64,000 nucleotides of DNA from a virus, in the IMG/VR virus record IMGVR_UViG_3300030109_006070, positions 8,030 through 72,029 of that record. One strand, given 5' to 3'. A model generated the notes under the pieces. The model had not been told where the DNA came from and made no database searches. It saw only the letters and a list, made by a program, of their open reading frames with translations. This document shows positions 1 to 9,169 of the stretch, one piece after another. A program made the position numbers and the translations under genes. Every line of letters begins with the position of its first letter. Within the stretch, counting starts at the first letter, position 1.

Positions 1-1
1 C

Positions 2-490
2 AACAAGTCTGAAAAGAAATTTGTGTTTCTTAGAAAACCTACTTCAGCATGGATTAGAGTAGCTAATGAATCTTTACAGTCAGCCTTTGATCACAAGAGA
101 ATATTTTTCGCTGGAGCAGCTATGAACGACGATTATAACAACCAGAGAAAATCTAGAGTGCCTATCGAGCAATTAAAGTTTATTAGAAATGACGCTAATG
201 AAAAAGGGGGCAAAGGAGCCAGAATGATAGATTTTGTAGAGCACCAGAAAGATATGATGGATTTAATTAAGGTCCAATGTGCTCTTATACAAATTACAAC
301 TTCTGTTCAAGGCACCCAAAGCTTTGACTTACCTCCAAACTTAAGAAAGCAAAGCGGGGCTGATAAAGCTCGAAAAGACTCTTATTCAGCTTTAGTTTTG
401 GGGAATTGGATGATGAACATTTTTTATGATATGGAGTCGGATGATATATCAAATACCCAAACGACTTTCACTCCAATGTTTATTTCTTAA
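2..490 (+). CDS. Terminase large subunit, C-terminal nuclease part (5' truncated by window edge)
   Basis: Frame is open from base 2; ends with RKDSYSALVLGNW, resembling the last acidic motif of the terminase RNase H-like domain; directly upstream of the portal. Confidence 0.75.
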   Translation, partial: NKSEKKFVFLRKPTSAWIRVANESLQSAFDHKRIFFAGAAMNDDYNNQRKSRVPIEQLKFIRNDANEKGGKGARMIDFVEHQKDMMDLIKVQCALIQITTSVQGTQSFDLPPNLRKQSGADKARKDSYSALVLGNWMMNIFYDMESDDISNTQTTFTPMFIS

Positions 491-538
491 CTTTTAAAAG
501 TTGAAAGTTAACTTTGTCGTGTAAGATAAATTATATTT

Positions 539-2494
539 ATGGCTAAAAGAAAATATACGAAGCGTTCTGAATATTGGAACAAGTTTACTCATCCTTCACA
601 AGTAGAGGGGCAAGAACCCTCTCCAGAACTTTTAGGAGAACCTTTTTATACTTCTGATGCATCTTATACTGCGACATCAGAAGCTAGAAGGCAGGATGCA
701 TCGACGGGTAAGTTTTCAGGCTCTCGGACCAATAGGGCGGCTTTTGTGACCCAAAAAGAAAGATACTCTAGTATTCGTAGGGGGCTACTGCCTTATGAGT
801 ATGCTGCTGACGGAGTGACTTGTAGAGACGCTATAGAGCTTTGTCAGAAAGCTTATTGTAATGTCGCTGTCTTTAGAAATGCCATAGATATTATGTCAGA
901 GTTTACAAACACTGATATTTATTTAGAAGGAGGTAGCAGAAAAAGTAGAGAGTTCTTTTATGAATGGTTTAAAAGAATTAATATTATCGGTCTAAAAGAT
1001 CAATATTTTAGAGAATACTATAGAAGCGGTAATATTTTCCTATACAGAATAGACGGCAAATTTAAAGCCGACGATTACGCTAGGCTTATTAATCAAGTAG
1101 GATCAATCGGGGCTAACTCCAACAAAATACCCTTGAAGTATATTCTTCTGAACCCATATGATGTTATAGCTAGGAGATCCACTACTTTTACTTCTGGGGG
1201 AGTATACCAAAAAGTTTTATCTGAATATGAGATAGCCAGACTGGGTAGCCCTCAAACTGACGAAGATCTAGCTATATTTGAAGCCTTAGATGGAGATATC
1301 AAAGATTCTATCCAAAAAGGTTCTTACAGTAATAAAGGGATAAAAATAAATTTAGACCCCAAGAGATTATCTTACTCTTTCTATAAAAAACAAGATTATG
1401 AGCCATTTGCAGTTCCTTTCGGATTTCCAGTCTTAGAAGATATCAACGCTAAGATGGAATTAAAGAAAATGGACCAAGCGATTACAAGAACTGTAGAAAA
1501 TGTAATCTTACTTATCACTATGGGTGCTGATCCAGAAAAAGGAGGAGTTAACCCAAACAACATGGCTGCTATGCAAAACTTGTTTAAAAACGAGAGCGTA
1601 GGCAGAGTTTTAGTTTCTGATTATACAACTAAAGCAGAATTTATTATACCAGAGCTTAATTTGGTTTTGGGGCCTGAAAAGTATCAGATACTTAACGATG
1701 ATATTAAGCAAGGTTTACAGAATATTGTAGTTGGCGAAGAGAAATTCAACTCTACCCAAGTCAAAGCTCAAATCTTTATTGATAGACTACAAGAATCTAG
1801 ATACGGGTTTTTAAATGATTTTTTAAATAAAGAAATCAAAAGGATTGCTAAAGATTTAGGTTTCCGCTCTTGGCCAGAAGCTAAAATGAAAGACATCGAC
1901 ATGAGAGATGAGGTTCAGCTTATGAGGGCATCCACTCGACTTATGGAGCTTGGCATCATTACCCCAGAGCAAGGAATGGAAATGTTCCACAATGGAAAGT
2001 TCCCAGAGCCAGACAAATTAGATTCTGCTCAACAAGACTTTTTAGAGGATCGAGAAAAAGGTTATTACAATCCAATTGTAGGAGGTGTCCCAGTTTATTC
2101 TCCCGATGGCGCAGCCAAAGGACCAAAAAAAGAAGCTGGCAGACCAGAAGGGACTACAGATATTCCTTTAGCTAATGCTGCATATTCTAGGTCTAGCATA
2201 CAAAAAACCATCTATAGTATTGATAGCTTTATTCATGATGCTAAAGATAAAATGGTATCTCATTTAGGCGTTTCAGAACTTAGCGAAGCTCAAGAAGAGA
2301 TGGTATCAAATTTGTGCGAATCTATTGTTTGTTCTTATAATAAAGAATATTGGGACGAAACATTAGAATCGTGTGTAAAAGATTTTAACGAAATTGAAAA
2401 TTTGCAAACTTTAAAAGAAGTTTTGGATATTTCAGCTCAACATACTTTAGAAACATACCCAGCCGCCATTTTATATCACAGCCATGAAAAATAG
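539..2494 (+). CDS. Portal protein
   Basis: 651 aa between terminase and protease/capsid genes; portal-like segments (VFRNAIDIMSEF, YYRSGNIFLY, KKQDYEPFAVP, LMELGIITPEQ). Confidence 0.75.
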   Translation: MAKRKYTKRSEYWNKFTHPSQVEGQEPSPELLGEPFYTSDASYTATSEARRQDASTGKFSGSRTNRAAFVTQKERYSSIRRGLLPYEYAADGVTCRDAIELCQKAYCNVAVFRNAIDIMSEFTNTDIYLEGGSRKSREFFYEWFKRINIIGLKDQYFREYYRSGNIFLYRIDGKFKADDYARLINQVGSIGANSNKIPLKYILLNPYDVIARRSTTFTSGGVYQKVLSEYEIARLGSPQTDEDLAIFEALDGDIKDSIQKGSYSNKGIKINLDPKRLSYSFYKKQDYEPFAVPFGFPVLEDINAKMELKKMDQAITRTVENVILLITMGADPEKGGVNPNNMAAMQNLFKNESVGRVLVSDYTTKAEFIIPELNLVLGPEKYQILNDDIKQGLQNIVVGEEKFNSTQVKAQIFIDRLQESRYGFLNDFLNKEIKRIAKDLGFRSWPEAKMKDIDMRDEVQLMRASTRLMELGIITPEQGMEMFHNGKFPEPDKLDSAQQDFLEDREKGYYNPIVGGVPVYSPDGAAKGPKKEAGRPEGTTDIPLANAAYSRSSIQKTIYSIDSFIHDAKDKMVSHLGVSELSEAQEEMVSNLCESIVCSYNKEYWDETLESCVKDFNEIENLQTLKEVLDISAQHTLETYPAAILYHSHEK

Positions 2495-2963
2495 TAATTT
2501 AAATCATAATGAAATTGAAGTTTCCATTTCTGCCGAACAAATCGAGGCAGCTATGACCCCGAAACAAAAAGAGGCTCTAGACAAGAATAAAGACGGCAAA
2601 GTGTCTAAAGAAGACTTCGAAATGCTCCGCAAATCCAAGAGTATGGATAAGAAGCAATATGATAAAATTGACAAGAAAGAACTCAAGCAAGACACTAAAA
2701 AAGAAAAAGTTGAGCATGAGAAGGACGCTATAAAAGACGACAAAAGCAAGATTAAAAAGCTAGATAAAGGCGCTCCTTCCGAAAAGAAGTCTATCGAAAA
2801 GAAAGATCTTAAGAAAGATATGAAGTTCGACAAAGACTCTAAGAAAAAAATGGAAGCCGACTATGGGGATGATAGTAAAAAAATCAAACCTAAAAAAAGC
2901 TACGCTCAAATGCTCACTGATATCGCCGCTGAAAGATACGGTAAAAAAAAAGAAGCGAGCTAA
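2484..2963 (+). CDS. Lys/Asp-rich head-module protein with EF-hand motif
   Basis: DKNKDGKVSKEDF fits the canonical EF-hand loop; overlaps portal stop; ends just after an A9 run. Confidence 0.6.
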   Translation: MKNSNLNHNEIEVSISAEQIEAAMTPKQKEALDKNKDGKVSKEDFEMLRKSKSMDKKQYDKIDKKELKQDTKKEKVEHEKDAIKDDKSKIKKLDKGAPSEKKSIEKKDLKKDMKFDKDSKKKMEADYGDDSKKIKPKKSYAQMLTDIAAERYGKKKEAS

Positions 2964-3160
2964 AAGATAGCGACTTCCTTGATCCGAAGAGACGGTCTTT
3001 TCCTGTTTTATCTGCTCGGGATGTAAAAAATGCAGTAAGTAGCTGGGGTAGATATGAAGGCTCAATGAGTTTCGAAGAGTTTAAAAGTAAACTAACTCAA
3101 AGGGCTAAAAAAATTGGAGCAGAAAGCGCTCTACCTAAAAGCTGGATGGATAAAAAATAA
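2951..3160 (+). CDS. Unannotated -1-frame extension of the 2484 ORF (69 aa, RSELKDSDFLDPKRRSFPV...LPKSWMDKK)
   Basis: Open -1 frame from the A9 run (2943-2951) to TAA 3158-3160, which overlaps the next ATG (TAATG); bounded upstream by TAA 2942-2944 with no start codon near its 5' end. Confidence 0.6.
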   Translation, partial: RSELKDSDFLDPKRRSFPVLSARDVKNAVSSWGRYEGSMSFEEFKSKLTQRAKKIGAESALPKSWMDKK

Positions 3161-4650
3161 TGGATTACAAATACACTGCTACATTTGAAGCTCCTTTAAT
3201 TCCTTGCGAAATAAATGAGGCTTCTTTAATTTCTAAGGCTTCTTTACAAAATTTAGAGCCTTTAGTCCCTAGTGATATAGATTACGACGAAAATGTAGAT
3301 TTAATGGGTGTGGCTTTTAATGCTGCTGTAATTAACCAATTTAATAAAAATGGTGATGGGATGGATACATCTACAGCCTTAAAATATACTAATAAGTTTA
3401 TTCATAAGCCTACAAATATAGAGCATGATAAACAAAAGGTTGTGGGGCATGTTGTTTCTGCTGGATACAGCAAGTTTGGTTCTAGCGAGTTAATGGGAGA
3501 AGAAGAGGTCAAAACTCTTAGAGAACCTTTTAACATTTCTTTGGGAGCTGTCTTATATAAAACAATTAATCCTAATTTTACTAATTTAGTAAAAAATTCT
3601 TTAGATTCAGAAAGTGATCAATATCAGAAGGTTTCCGCTAGTTGGGAAGTGGGATTCAATAGTTATGTTTTAGCTGTTGGAAGCGATAAGCTAAGTGAAG
3701 CTAGAATTATCTCTGACCCCGAAGAAATAGCTAAATTACAGGGTAATTTAAGGAGCTATGGAGGTAATGGGAAAACCGATAAGGGAGAAAAAATCAACAG
3801 GCTTATCATGGGAGATATATACCCATTAGGCATTGCTTACACCCTTAACCCAGCAGCCGATGTAAAAGGTTTATACTCTAAGCCCCCTGAAAAAACTCAA
3901 ATTTTTATAAACGATAAGAGGGATAAAATTTCACAAAATAATAATTTAAATGTAAACAACCAAAAGAACATCATTGATATGGAACTTGAAAATACTCTAA
4001 ACGAACTGAAGGATCTTCTAAAGGAGAAGAAATTCTCTAAGGAGGCTGTTGCTTCCTTAACTGATACCTTTGCCGATGCGATCCGTCAGCGGGACGAACA
4101 ATACCGTAACGATCTCGAAGCAGAGAAATTGCAGAAAGAAGATAAAATTAAAGAATACGAAGACCTCAAAGCTTCTGTGAAGGCGCTTGAGGAAAAGCTG
4201 GGTGCTGCTAGTGAGCGCATTTCTGGTTATGAAAACGAGGAGAAAGCTCAAAAGGCAATTGCTTCGTTTAACTCTCGTATGGATTCAATTGATGAGAAAT
4301 TCGAACTTGATGATCAAGATCGTGAGTTTCTCGCTTCTGAACTTAAAACTTTAGATGATGACGCTTCTTACGAAGCTTTTGCTTCTAAGTTGGATGTTTT
4401 GTGGAAACATAAGAACAAAGAAGTTCAAGAAGAATTTAATTCTCAAATTCAAGCTCGTATTGATGAAGAAGTAGCTAAAAAGCTTTCTAACGCTTCTGTT
4501 GAAGAAGTAAAAATTGAAGAAGCTCTTGACGCTGCTGAAACAGTAGATGCAGAAGTCTCTAATGCAAATGAGGCTATCGCATCTGAAGAACCCTCTTTGC
4601 GTGATAAGTTCAAATCAGCTTTTTCACGCGATAACATTGAAATTTCTTAA
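3160..4650 (+). CDS. Prohead protease fused to coiled-coil scaffold
   Basis: N-half has NKNGDG, NIEHD..VVGH and SASWEV motifs typical of phage maturation proteases; C-half is an acidic coiled coil; lies upstream of capsid genes. Confidence 0.7.
   Translation: MDYKYTATFEAPLIPCEINEASLISKASLQNLEPLVPSDIDYDENVDLMGVAFNAAVINQFNKNGDGMDTSTALKYTNKFIHKPTNIEHDKQKVVGHVVSAGYSKFGSSELMGEEEVKTLREPFNISLGAVLYKTINPNFTNLVKNSLDSESDQYQKVSASWEVGFNSYVLAVGSDKLSEARIISDPEEIAKLQGNLRSYGGNGKTDKGEKINRLIMGDIYPLGIAYTLNPAADVKGLYSKPPEKTQIFINDKRDKISQNNNLNVNNQKNIIDMELENTLNELKDLLKEKKFSKEAVASLTDTFADAIRQRDEQYRNDLEAEKLQKEDKIKEYEDLKASVKALEEKLGAASERISGYENEEKAQKAIASFNSRMDSIDEKFELDDQDREFLASELKTLDDDASYEAFASKLDVLWKHKNKEVQEEFNSQIQARIDEEVAKKLSNASVEEVKIEEALDAAETVDAEVSNANEAIASEEPSLRDKFKSAFSRDNIEIS
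3979..4650 (+). CDS. Probable internally initiated scaffolding protein (223 aa, MELENTLNELK...)
   Basis: In-frame ATG at the start of the coiled-coil half, preceded by an AT-rich linker with TCAC-N15-ATGTAA (3931-3955) resembling the late promoter motif. Confidence 0.45.
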   Translation: MELENTLNELKDLLKEKKFSKEAVASLTDTFADAIRQRDEQYRNDLEAEKLQKEDKIKEYEDLKASVKALEEKLGAASERISGYENEEKAQKAIASFNSRMDSIDEKFELDDQDREFLASELKTLDDDASYEAFASKLDVLWKHKNKEVQEEFNSQIQARIDEEVAKKLSNASVEEVKIEEALDAAETVDAEVSNANEAIASEEPSLRDKFKSAFSRDNIEIS

Positions 4651-4667
4651 TTTAACAAACTAAAATT

Positions 4668-5336
4668 ATGGCATTACGAATTCTACCATTCAGACAATAC
4701 TCTGATCACGATGTCGTTAACATGTACTCCGTTATTGCGAGTGATGTTCTCGATAGCACCACTGGAACAGGCGCTGGCGATGCTGGCGTATTTGTGAAGG
4801 TGTCAGACGGTAACTTCGACAACGATCCTGTAACTTACCAAACGAACAGCTACTTGGGTAACACCAGCTATCCGTTCCTTGGAACTACAGAGATGTATCC
4901 CGAAGTTAATCTCAAAATTACAGGCGCTAAAGGCGAAGATCATGCTCTCGGGCTGACTCTTTATCAAACCGCTAAAAACGACGAGAACGGCGAAAAGCTT
5001 CTTTACAACCCACAGAAACAAGAGGAACTCCAAGCAATGCTCCCAGGGCAAGCTGTTCCTGTAGCAACTAAAGGTATCTTTACTTTATCTTCTGCTGCTT
5101 TTGACGGGCCAATTAGTAGCTATGCCCCAGGAAACAGGATTAAACTTTCTGCGGTTACCGCTGGTAAAGTAACAGGTTTCGCTACCATAGCTCAAAGCTC
5201 TATGACTACTGGAGATTTATTCGCAGAGGATAAAGTCTTTGGTCACGTTCTTGGAACAGGGGTTCGCTCAAGCGTTGGGCCTACTACTGACCAGTTCGCG
5301 GGTAACTACATCGTTGTATCGTTTGATTGTAACTAA
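4668..5336 (+). CDS. Capsid decoration/minor head protein
   Basis: 222 aa, Gly/Thr-rich, beta-like, between scaffold and major capsid gene. Confidence 0.55.
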   Translation: MALRILPFRQYSDHDVVNMYSVIASDVLDSTTGTGAGDAGVFVKVSDGNFDNDPVTYQTNSYLGNTSYPFLGTTEMYPEVNLKITGAKGEDHALGLTLYQTAKNDENGEKLLYNPQKQEELQAMLPGQAVPVATKGIFTLSSAAFDGPISSYAPGNRIKLSAVTAGKVTGFATIAQSSMTTGDLFAEDKVFGHVLGTGVRSSVGPTTDQFAGNYIVVSFDCN

Positions 5337-5359
5337 TAACTAGAGAAAGGCTTTATAAC

Positions 5360-6505
5360 ATGAAAATTACTTTAAAAAGAACTCCAGAACAAGTCGAGCT
5401 TGTAAAAGCTATGGCTTCTCGTAACCGCACTGTGGCATACGAGGCTCAAGTAGCACTTGCTGAATTTATCGGACCAGTTTTGGCCGAGGTTCTCAACAAT
5501 GCTCCTACTGTAAGCAACCTTTTCAATTCGCTTCAATTTGATGCGGATGATAACCCAAGCATCCCGCTTGATCTTTACTACGACATTTCTGACGAAGATT
5601 ACGTCAGAGTGTGGAGTCAGAGTCATGCAGGTGGTCTTCCAAGTAACCAAGTGCTTCCTACAGCTTCCGAGCTTAAGTTAGCTACTTACACTCTTGATGC
5701 CGCCGTTGATTTTGATCGCCGTTACGCAGCAAAGAGCCGCATGGATGTGGTTGGGAAAACTTTTACTCGCGTTGCACAAGAGATCCTTCTTAAGCAAGAG
5801 CGCACTTCCGCTACTCTTCTTATGACTTCACTTGCTGGCGCTTCGATTAACAGCTCCCCACTATTTGAAGACAAGCAGATCTTCAGGACTGTCACCGCAG
5901 ACACTGTTCTTATTGATGACTTCAATAAGCTCATGACTCTTGCGAAGCGCATCAACACTTCTTGGATTGGTGGAACTCCCACTACTCGTACTCGCGGTAT
6001 CACTGATATCGTCTGTTCTCCAGAGGTTGTTGGAAGCATTCGTGCGATGGCTTACAACCCTGTAAACACCACTGCTGTCCCTGACACAACTGAATCTACA
6101 GTTCTTGCAGCTCCTGAACAGCTCCGTAACGAGCTTTATCAGAACGCAGGTCTTGATAGCTTCATGGGTGTTAACATCTTGGAATTTAACGAGATGGGTA
6201 AAGGACAGAAGTTCAACACTATCTTCGACACTGCTGCTGGAACTGCTAGCTACAAGACATTTGATCTTGCTAGAGCTAACCAGTTTAATGGCACATCTGA
6301 CGAAATTATCGTTGGTGTTGATCGTACTCGCGATTCACTCATGCGCGTTGTTGCTACTGATCCAGATAGCAGCAGTGAGCTTAACCTAATCGCAGATGAC
6401 CAGTATAGCGTTCGTCAGAACAAGATTGGTTACTACGGTCAGCTTGAGGAAGGACGAGTTGTCCTTGACAACCGTGTCCTCATGGGACTTATCAAGGGTC
6501 AGTAA
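5360..6505 (+). CDS. Major capsid protein (HK97 fold)
   Basis: 381 aa, last gene of head operon, followed by strong terminator; C-terminal IGYYGQLEEGRVVLD resembles HK97-type capsid ends. Confidence 0.75.
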   Translation: MKITLKRTPEQVELVKAMASRNRTVAYEAQVALAEFIGPVLAEVLNNAPTVSNLFNSLQFDADDNPSIPLDLYYDISDEDYVRVWSQSHAGGLPSNQVLPTASELKLATYTLDAAVDFDRRYAAKSRMDVVGKTFTRVAQEILLKQERTSATLLMTSLAGASINSSPLFEDKQIFRTVTADTVLIDDFNKLMTLAKRINTSWIGGTPTTRTRGITDIVCSPEVVGSIRAMAYNPVNTTAVPDTTESTVLAAPEQLRNELYQNAGLDSFMGVNILEFNEMGKGQKFNTIFDTAAGTASYKTFDLARANQFNGTSDEIIVGVDRTRDSLMRVVATDPDSSSELNLIADDQYSVRQNKIGYYGQLEEGRVVLDNRVLMGLIKGQ

Positions 6506-6525
6506 AAACCCTATCAATTATAAAG

Positions 6526-6557
6526 AAAGCCGTCCCTTCGGGGGCGGCTTTTTTTTT
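6526..6557 (+). terminator. Rho-independent terminator
   Basis: AAAGCCGTCCC-TTCG-GGGGCGGCTTT followed by T run, just after capsid stop. Confidence 0.9.
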
Positions 6558-6589
6558 GTAATTTATTAATTAAGTGTATATAATACTGT

Positions 6590-7039
6590 ATGGCTAAAAA
6601 GAAAACACCTAAAAACAAAGAGGCCCCATTTAAAGAAGTTACTACAGGTCAGGAAAAACCTGCTAAAAAAGGCCTTCTCGAAGAGCTAGAGGAACTTAGA
6701 GCTAATGGAGAAACAAGCACCGCTCGCTACAAGGAAGTGATGCAGGAGATTGAGGTTATCTTCGGGACGGGCGAAACTAATTCTTTTGGCACAAATGATA
6801 TCGAAGTCCTTAAGGATAAATTGGGGAGAATGAGCAAGGCAGACCTGCAAGCTTTTTCTAGAAAAGTAGGAGTCAACCCTTACTACGGCAAAGACGTAAT
6901 CACTGCTAATATTATTAAAGAATTTAATAGATATCAAAGCAGAGGTAATATCGCTACAGCTCCTCTACCAGTTCCCGCTATTCAACTAGATCCAAATAAC
7001 CCCCAACATAAGGAACTTCTTGATTGGTTAGAGGGTTAA
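6590..7039 (+). CDS. Hypothetical protein (head-associated module)
   Basis: 149-aa ORF with GTGTAT motif 10 nt upstream. Confidence 0.55.
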   Translation: MAKKKTPKNKEAPFKEVTTGQEKPAKKGLLEELEELRANGETSTARYKEVMQEIEVIFGTGETNSFGTNDIEVLKDKLGRMSKADLQAFSRKVGVNPYYGKDVITANIIKEFNRYQSRGNIATAPLPVPAIQLDPNNPQHKELLDWLEG

Positions 7040-7066
7040 ATACTAAAAGATAGTGTAATACACTAT

Positions 7067-7552
7067 ATGCCGAACGTATTAGAAGATCTCGCTTCAGGAA
7101 TTGTAGTCACCGAGTTTGATGGGGACACAGGAATTGCCACTGTATCTAATGTCAGTGGTTGGTTATTTGAAAACTTAGGGCAAGTAAACACTTACTTGTA
7201 TACTAACTTCAGTGGAGCAGACGCTACAGGAACTTATGGTTTCATGGATATTGAGGCGCAAAATGTATTAAAGGAATTATACCTTTCTAATTACTACAAT
7301 AAGCAAGCGAGAAACGCCCTTAGAGGCATCACAACCTCTACTGCTAGTGGAGACAACGTATTGTCCTTACGAGACGGAGAAAGCGCTGTTACGTTCGTTA
7401 ATCGCAATGAAGTCTCTAAAGTTTATAGAGGGTTAGCTAGCGACTGCATGGACAAAGTAACGCAGTTATCCGCGCAGTATAATATATACCAAGCTCAACC
7501 TAGGCAATTAGGAGGTATTGACGCAAGCGGAATAGGTATTGTTTATACCTAG
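7067..7552 (+). CDS. Putative head-tail adaptor
   Basis: 161 aa after capsid; helical N-part then LSLRDGESAVTF hairpin as in adaptor proteins. Confidence 0.45.
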   Translation: MPNVLEDLASGIVVTEFDGDTGIATVSNVSGWLFENLGQVNTYLYTNFSGADATGTYGFMDIEAQNVLKELYLSNYYNKQARNALRGITTSTASGDNVLSLRDGESAVTFVNRNEVSKVYRGLASDCMDKVTQLSAQYNIYQAQPRQLGGIDASGIGIVYT

Positions 7553-7785
7553 AGTCCGTGAGAAGCTTTAAGAGCTTTCTTGTCCTCTTTGTATTTAGCA
7601 CGAAGAGAGTCTGCTTTTTTTGAGTCAGCAGCCACAGCAGATAGATAATCTGCCTTTAAGTCAGCTAGAGCTTCTCTGTAAGGCTTCTTAGGAGCCTTTG
7701 CCACTTCCTTCTTAGGGGTTTCCTTTTTAGGAGCAGCTTTTTGAGCTTTAGGCTTGGGTGTAGTTTTCTTTTTAGAATCGCTCAT
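7549..7785 (-). CDS. Small Lys/Ala-rich basic protein
   Basis: 78 aa, histone-like PKK/APKK repeats; co-oriented with the tail tube gene. Confidence 0.55.
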   Translation of the reverse strand: MSDSKKKTTPKPKAQKAAPKKETPKKEVAKAPKKPYREALADLKADYLSAVAADSKKADSLRAKYKEDKKALKASHGL

Positions 7786-7789
7786 TTAA

Positions 7790-7966
7790 TTATGCGTCTG
7801 GATGTGTGTCGAACCAATCTTTACCGTCACCCAAGATTCTATTCTTTCTTCTCATGGGCACATTAGGATCATTTAATTTAAAACCTTTTTTAGCAGGAGC
7901 TTTTTCCTCCCCTTTTGGGGAGGGTAAACTTTCTTTTTTTAGATCTTTTTTATCTGAATTTTTCAT
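7790..7966 (-). CDS. Small basic protein (58 aa, MKNSDKKDLKKESLPSPK...WFDTHPDA), missing from ORF track
   Basis: ATG at 7966, 5 nt after tail tube stop; TAA ending at 7790, 4 nt before the next ATG; fills the gap exactly. Confidence 0.6.
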   Translation of the reverse strand: MKNSDKKDLKKESLPSPKGEEKAPAKKGFKLNDPNVPMRRKNRILGDGKDWFDTHPDA

Positions 7967-7971
7967 AAGTC

Positions 7972-9120
7972 TTACGTAAAGATTGCAGCGTCTCCGCAGC
8001 CACTCATGAATACTCCGTTAGAAGTATCATTTGGGCCACCAATTTGGGTAGAGAAGGTAAGGTCTACAGTTTTATTTGAGCCGATACTAGAAGAGAAGGA
8101 CTGGCTATCAACTTTAAGACCTAGCAAGTTATACCGAACAACCTCATTAGAGTTTGAATCTTTAATTGTAATACTCGCTTCACTTTCACCAAGGTCTAGG
8201 ATACTTGCTAAGTTTTTAGATTGTGTATCAGATACAACAGCGCTGACATTTAAAGTGCAGCTAACTGGGAAATCAACTTCTCTTGCAAATGGGAACCTGC
8301 TACCTAGTCTATCGATTGGAGATCTAGAAAGAGGAACTGAAATAGATGCGCTTTGAACGTGCGCTCCGTCAGCCCCGTCGATCTTAACCAGAGAGTCGGT
8401 TTCTAAATTAGCAAGGCTTAAAGTAATGTCTCCTGGGCGCAATGCTGTAAGCGCACCCCCCGCGAAACCTTCAATTCCACCATTTTCAGTTGGGTTAGGC
8501 AGTTGGATGTTTCTAGCTATGATTGTTCCAGCTTCTTGGTCTACTGCTGGAGTACCTGTAGTAGTCGCGCCAGCAACAGAATTCATATTAGAACCTTCTA
8601 CAGTGACACTAACAGTAGGAAGTGATCCTACAGCCATATCTACCGTATAATCACTGATGTAGCAGTTACCGACACCAATAACTGAATCTGAAGCATTTGG
8701 AGCTTCACCCGCACCAGCTTTATTCAAGTCTTCTCCATTAGGAGAAGTAAGAATAAAAAAGTTAACGCCAGAACCCGCTGTCAAATGGCCTGAAGCAAAG
8801 TTGCCTGATGAGAAGATCGAGTTGGTAATCTTTCTATTATTATTAGATCCTGAATTCTGCACAAAGAAACCCAGCGCTCTTTCGTTAAACCCATCTGTAA
8901 GGTAATAGCTAAAGTCAAGGTTTACAGTAGGAGGGTCTAGAACTAACGAGTCAATCCTCGCAAGATCACCATACTGGTTTACGTCTTGTCGGTTAATAGT
9001 AAAGCTATAATTAGCACTTTGTACTCGACCTAATTGTTCGTGATCGGCTTTTAAATTTAGCGAAGCGTCCTCACTTACAAATAGTCCTTCTGATTGATAA
9101 ATTACTCTGTTTCTGGCCAT
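7972..9120 (-). CDS. Major tail tube protein
   Basis: 382 aa, Ser/Gly/Thr-rich with two similar halves (RVQSANYSF..RQDVNQYG; HVQSASIS..RSPIDRLG); in neck-tail block. Confidence 0.65.
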   Translation of the reverse strand: MARNRVIYQSEGLFVSEDASLNLKADHEQLGRVQSANYSFTINRQDVNQYGDLARIDSLVLDPPTVNLDFSYYLTDGFNERALGFFVQNSGSNNNRKITNSIFSSGNFASGHLTAGSGVNFFILTSPNGEDLNKAGAGEAPNASDSVIGVGNCYISDYTVDMAVGSLPTVSVTVEGSNMNSVAGATTTGTPAVDQEAGTIIARNIQLPNPTENGGIEGFAGGALTALRPGDITLSLANLETDSLVKIDGADGAHVQSASISVPLSRSPIDRLGSRFPFAREVDFPVSCTLNVSAVVSDTQSKNLASILDLGESEASITIKDSNSNEVVRYNLLGLKVDSQSFSSSIGSNKTVDLTFSTQIGGPNDTSNGVFMSGCGDAAIFT

Positions 9121-9169
9121 GATTTAAGATTCTTTCTTTTGTTTACAGTTTTATTGTTAAAATATGAAA

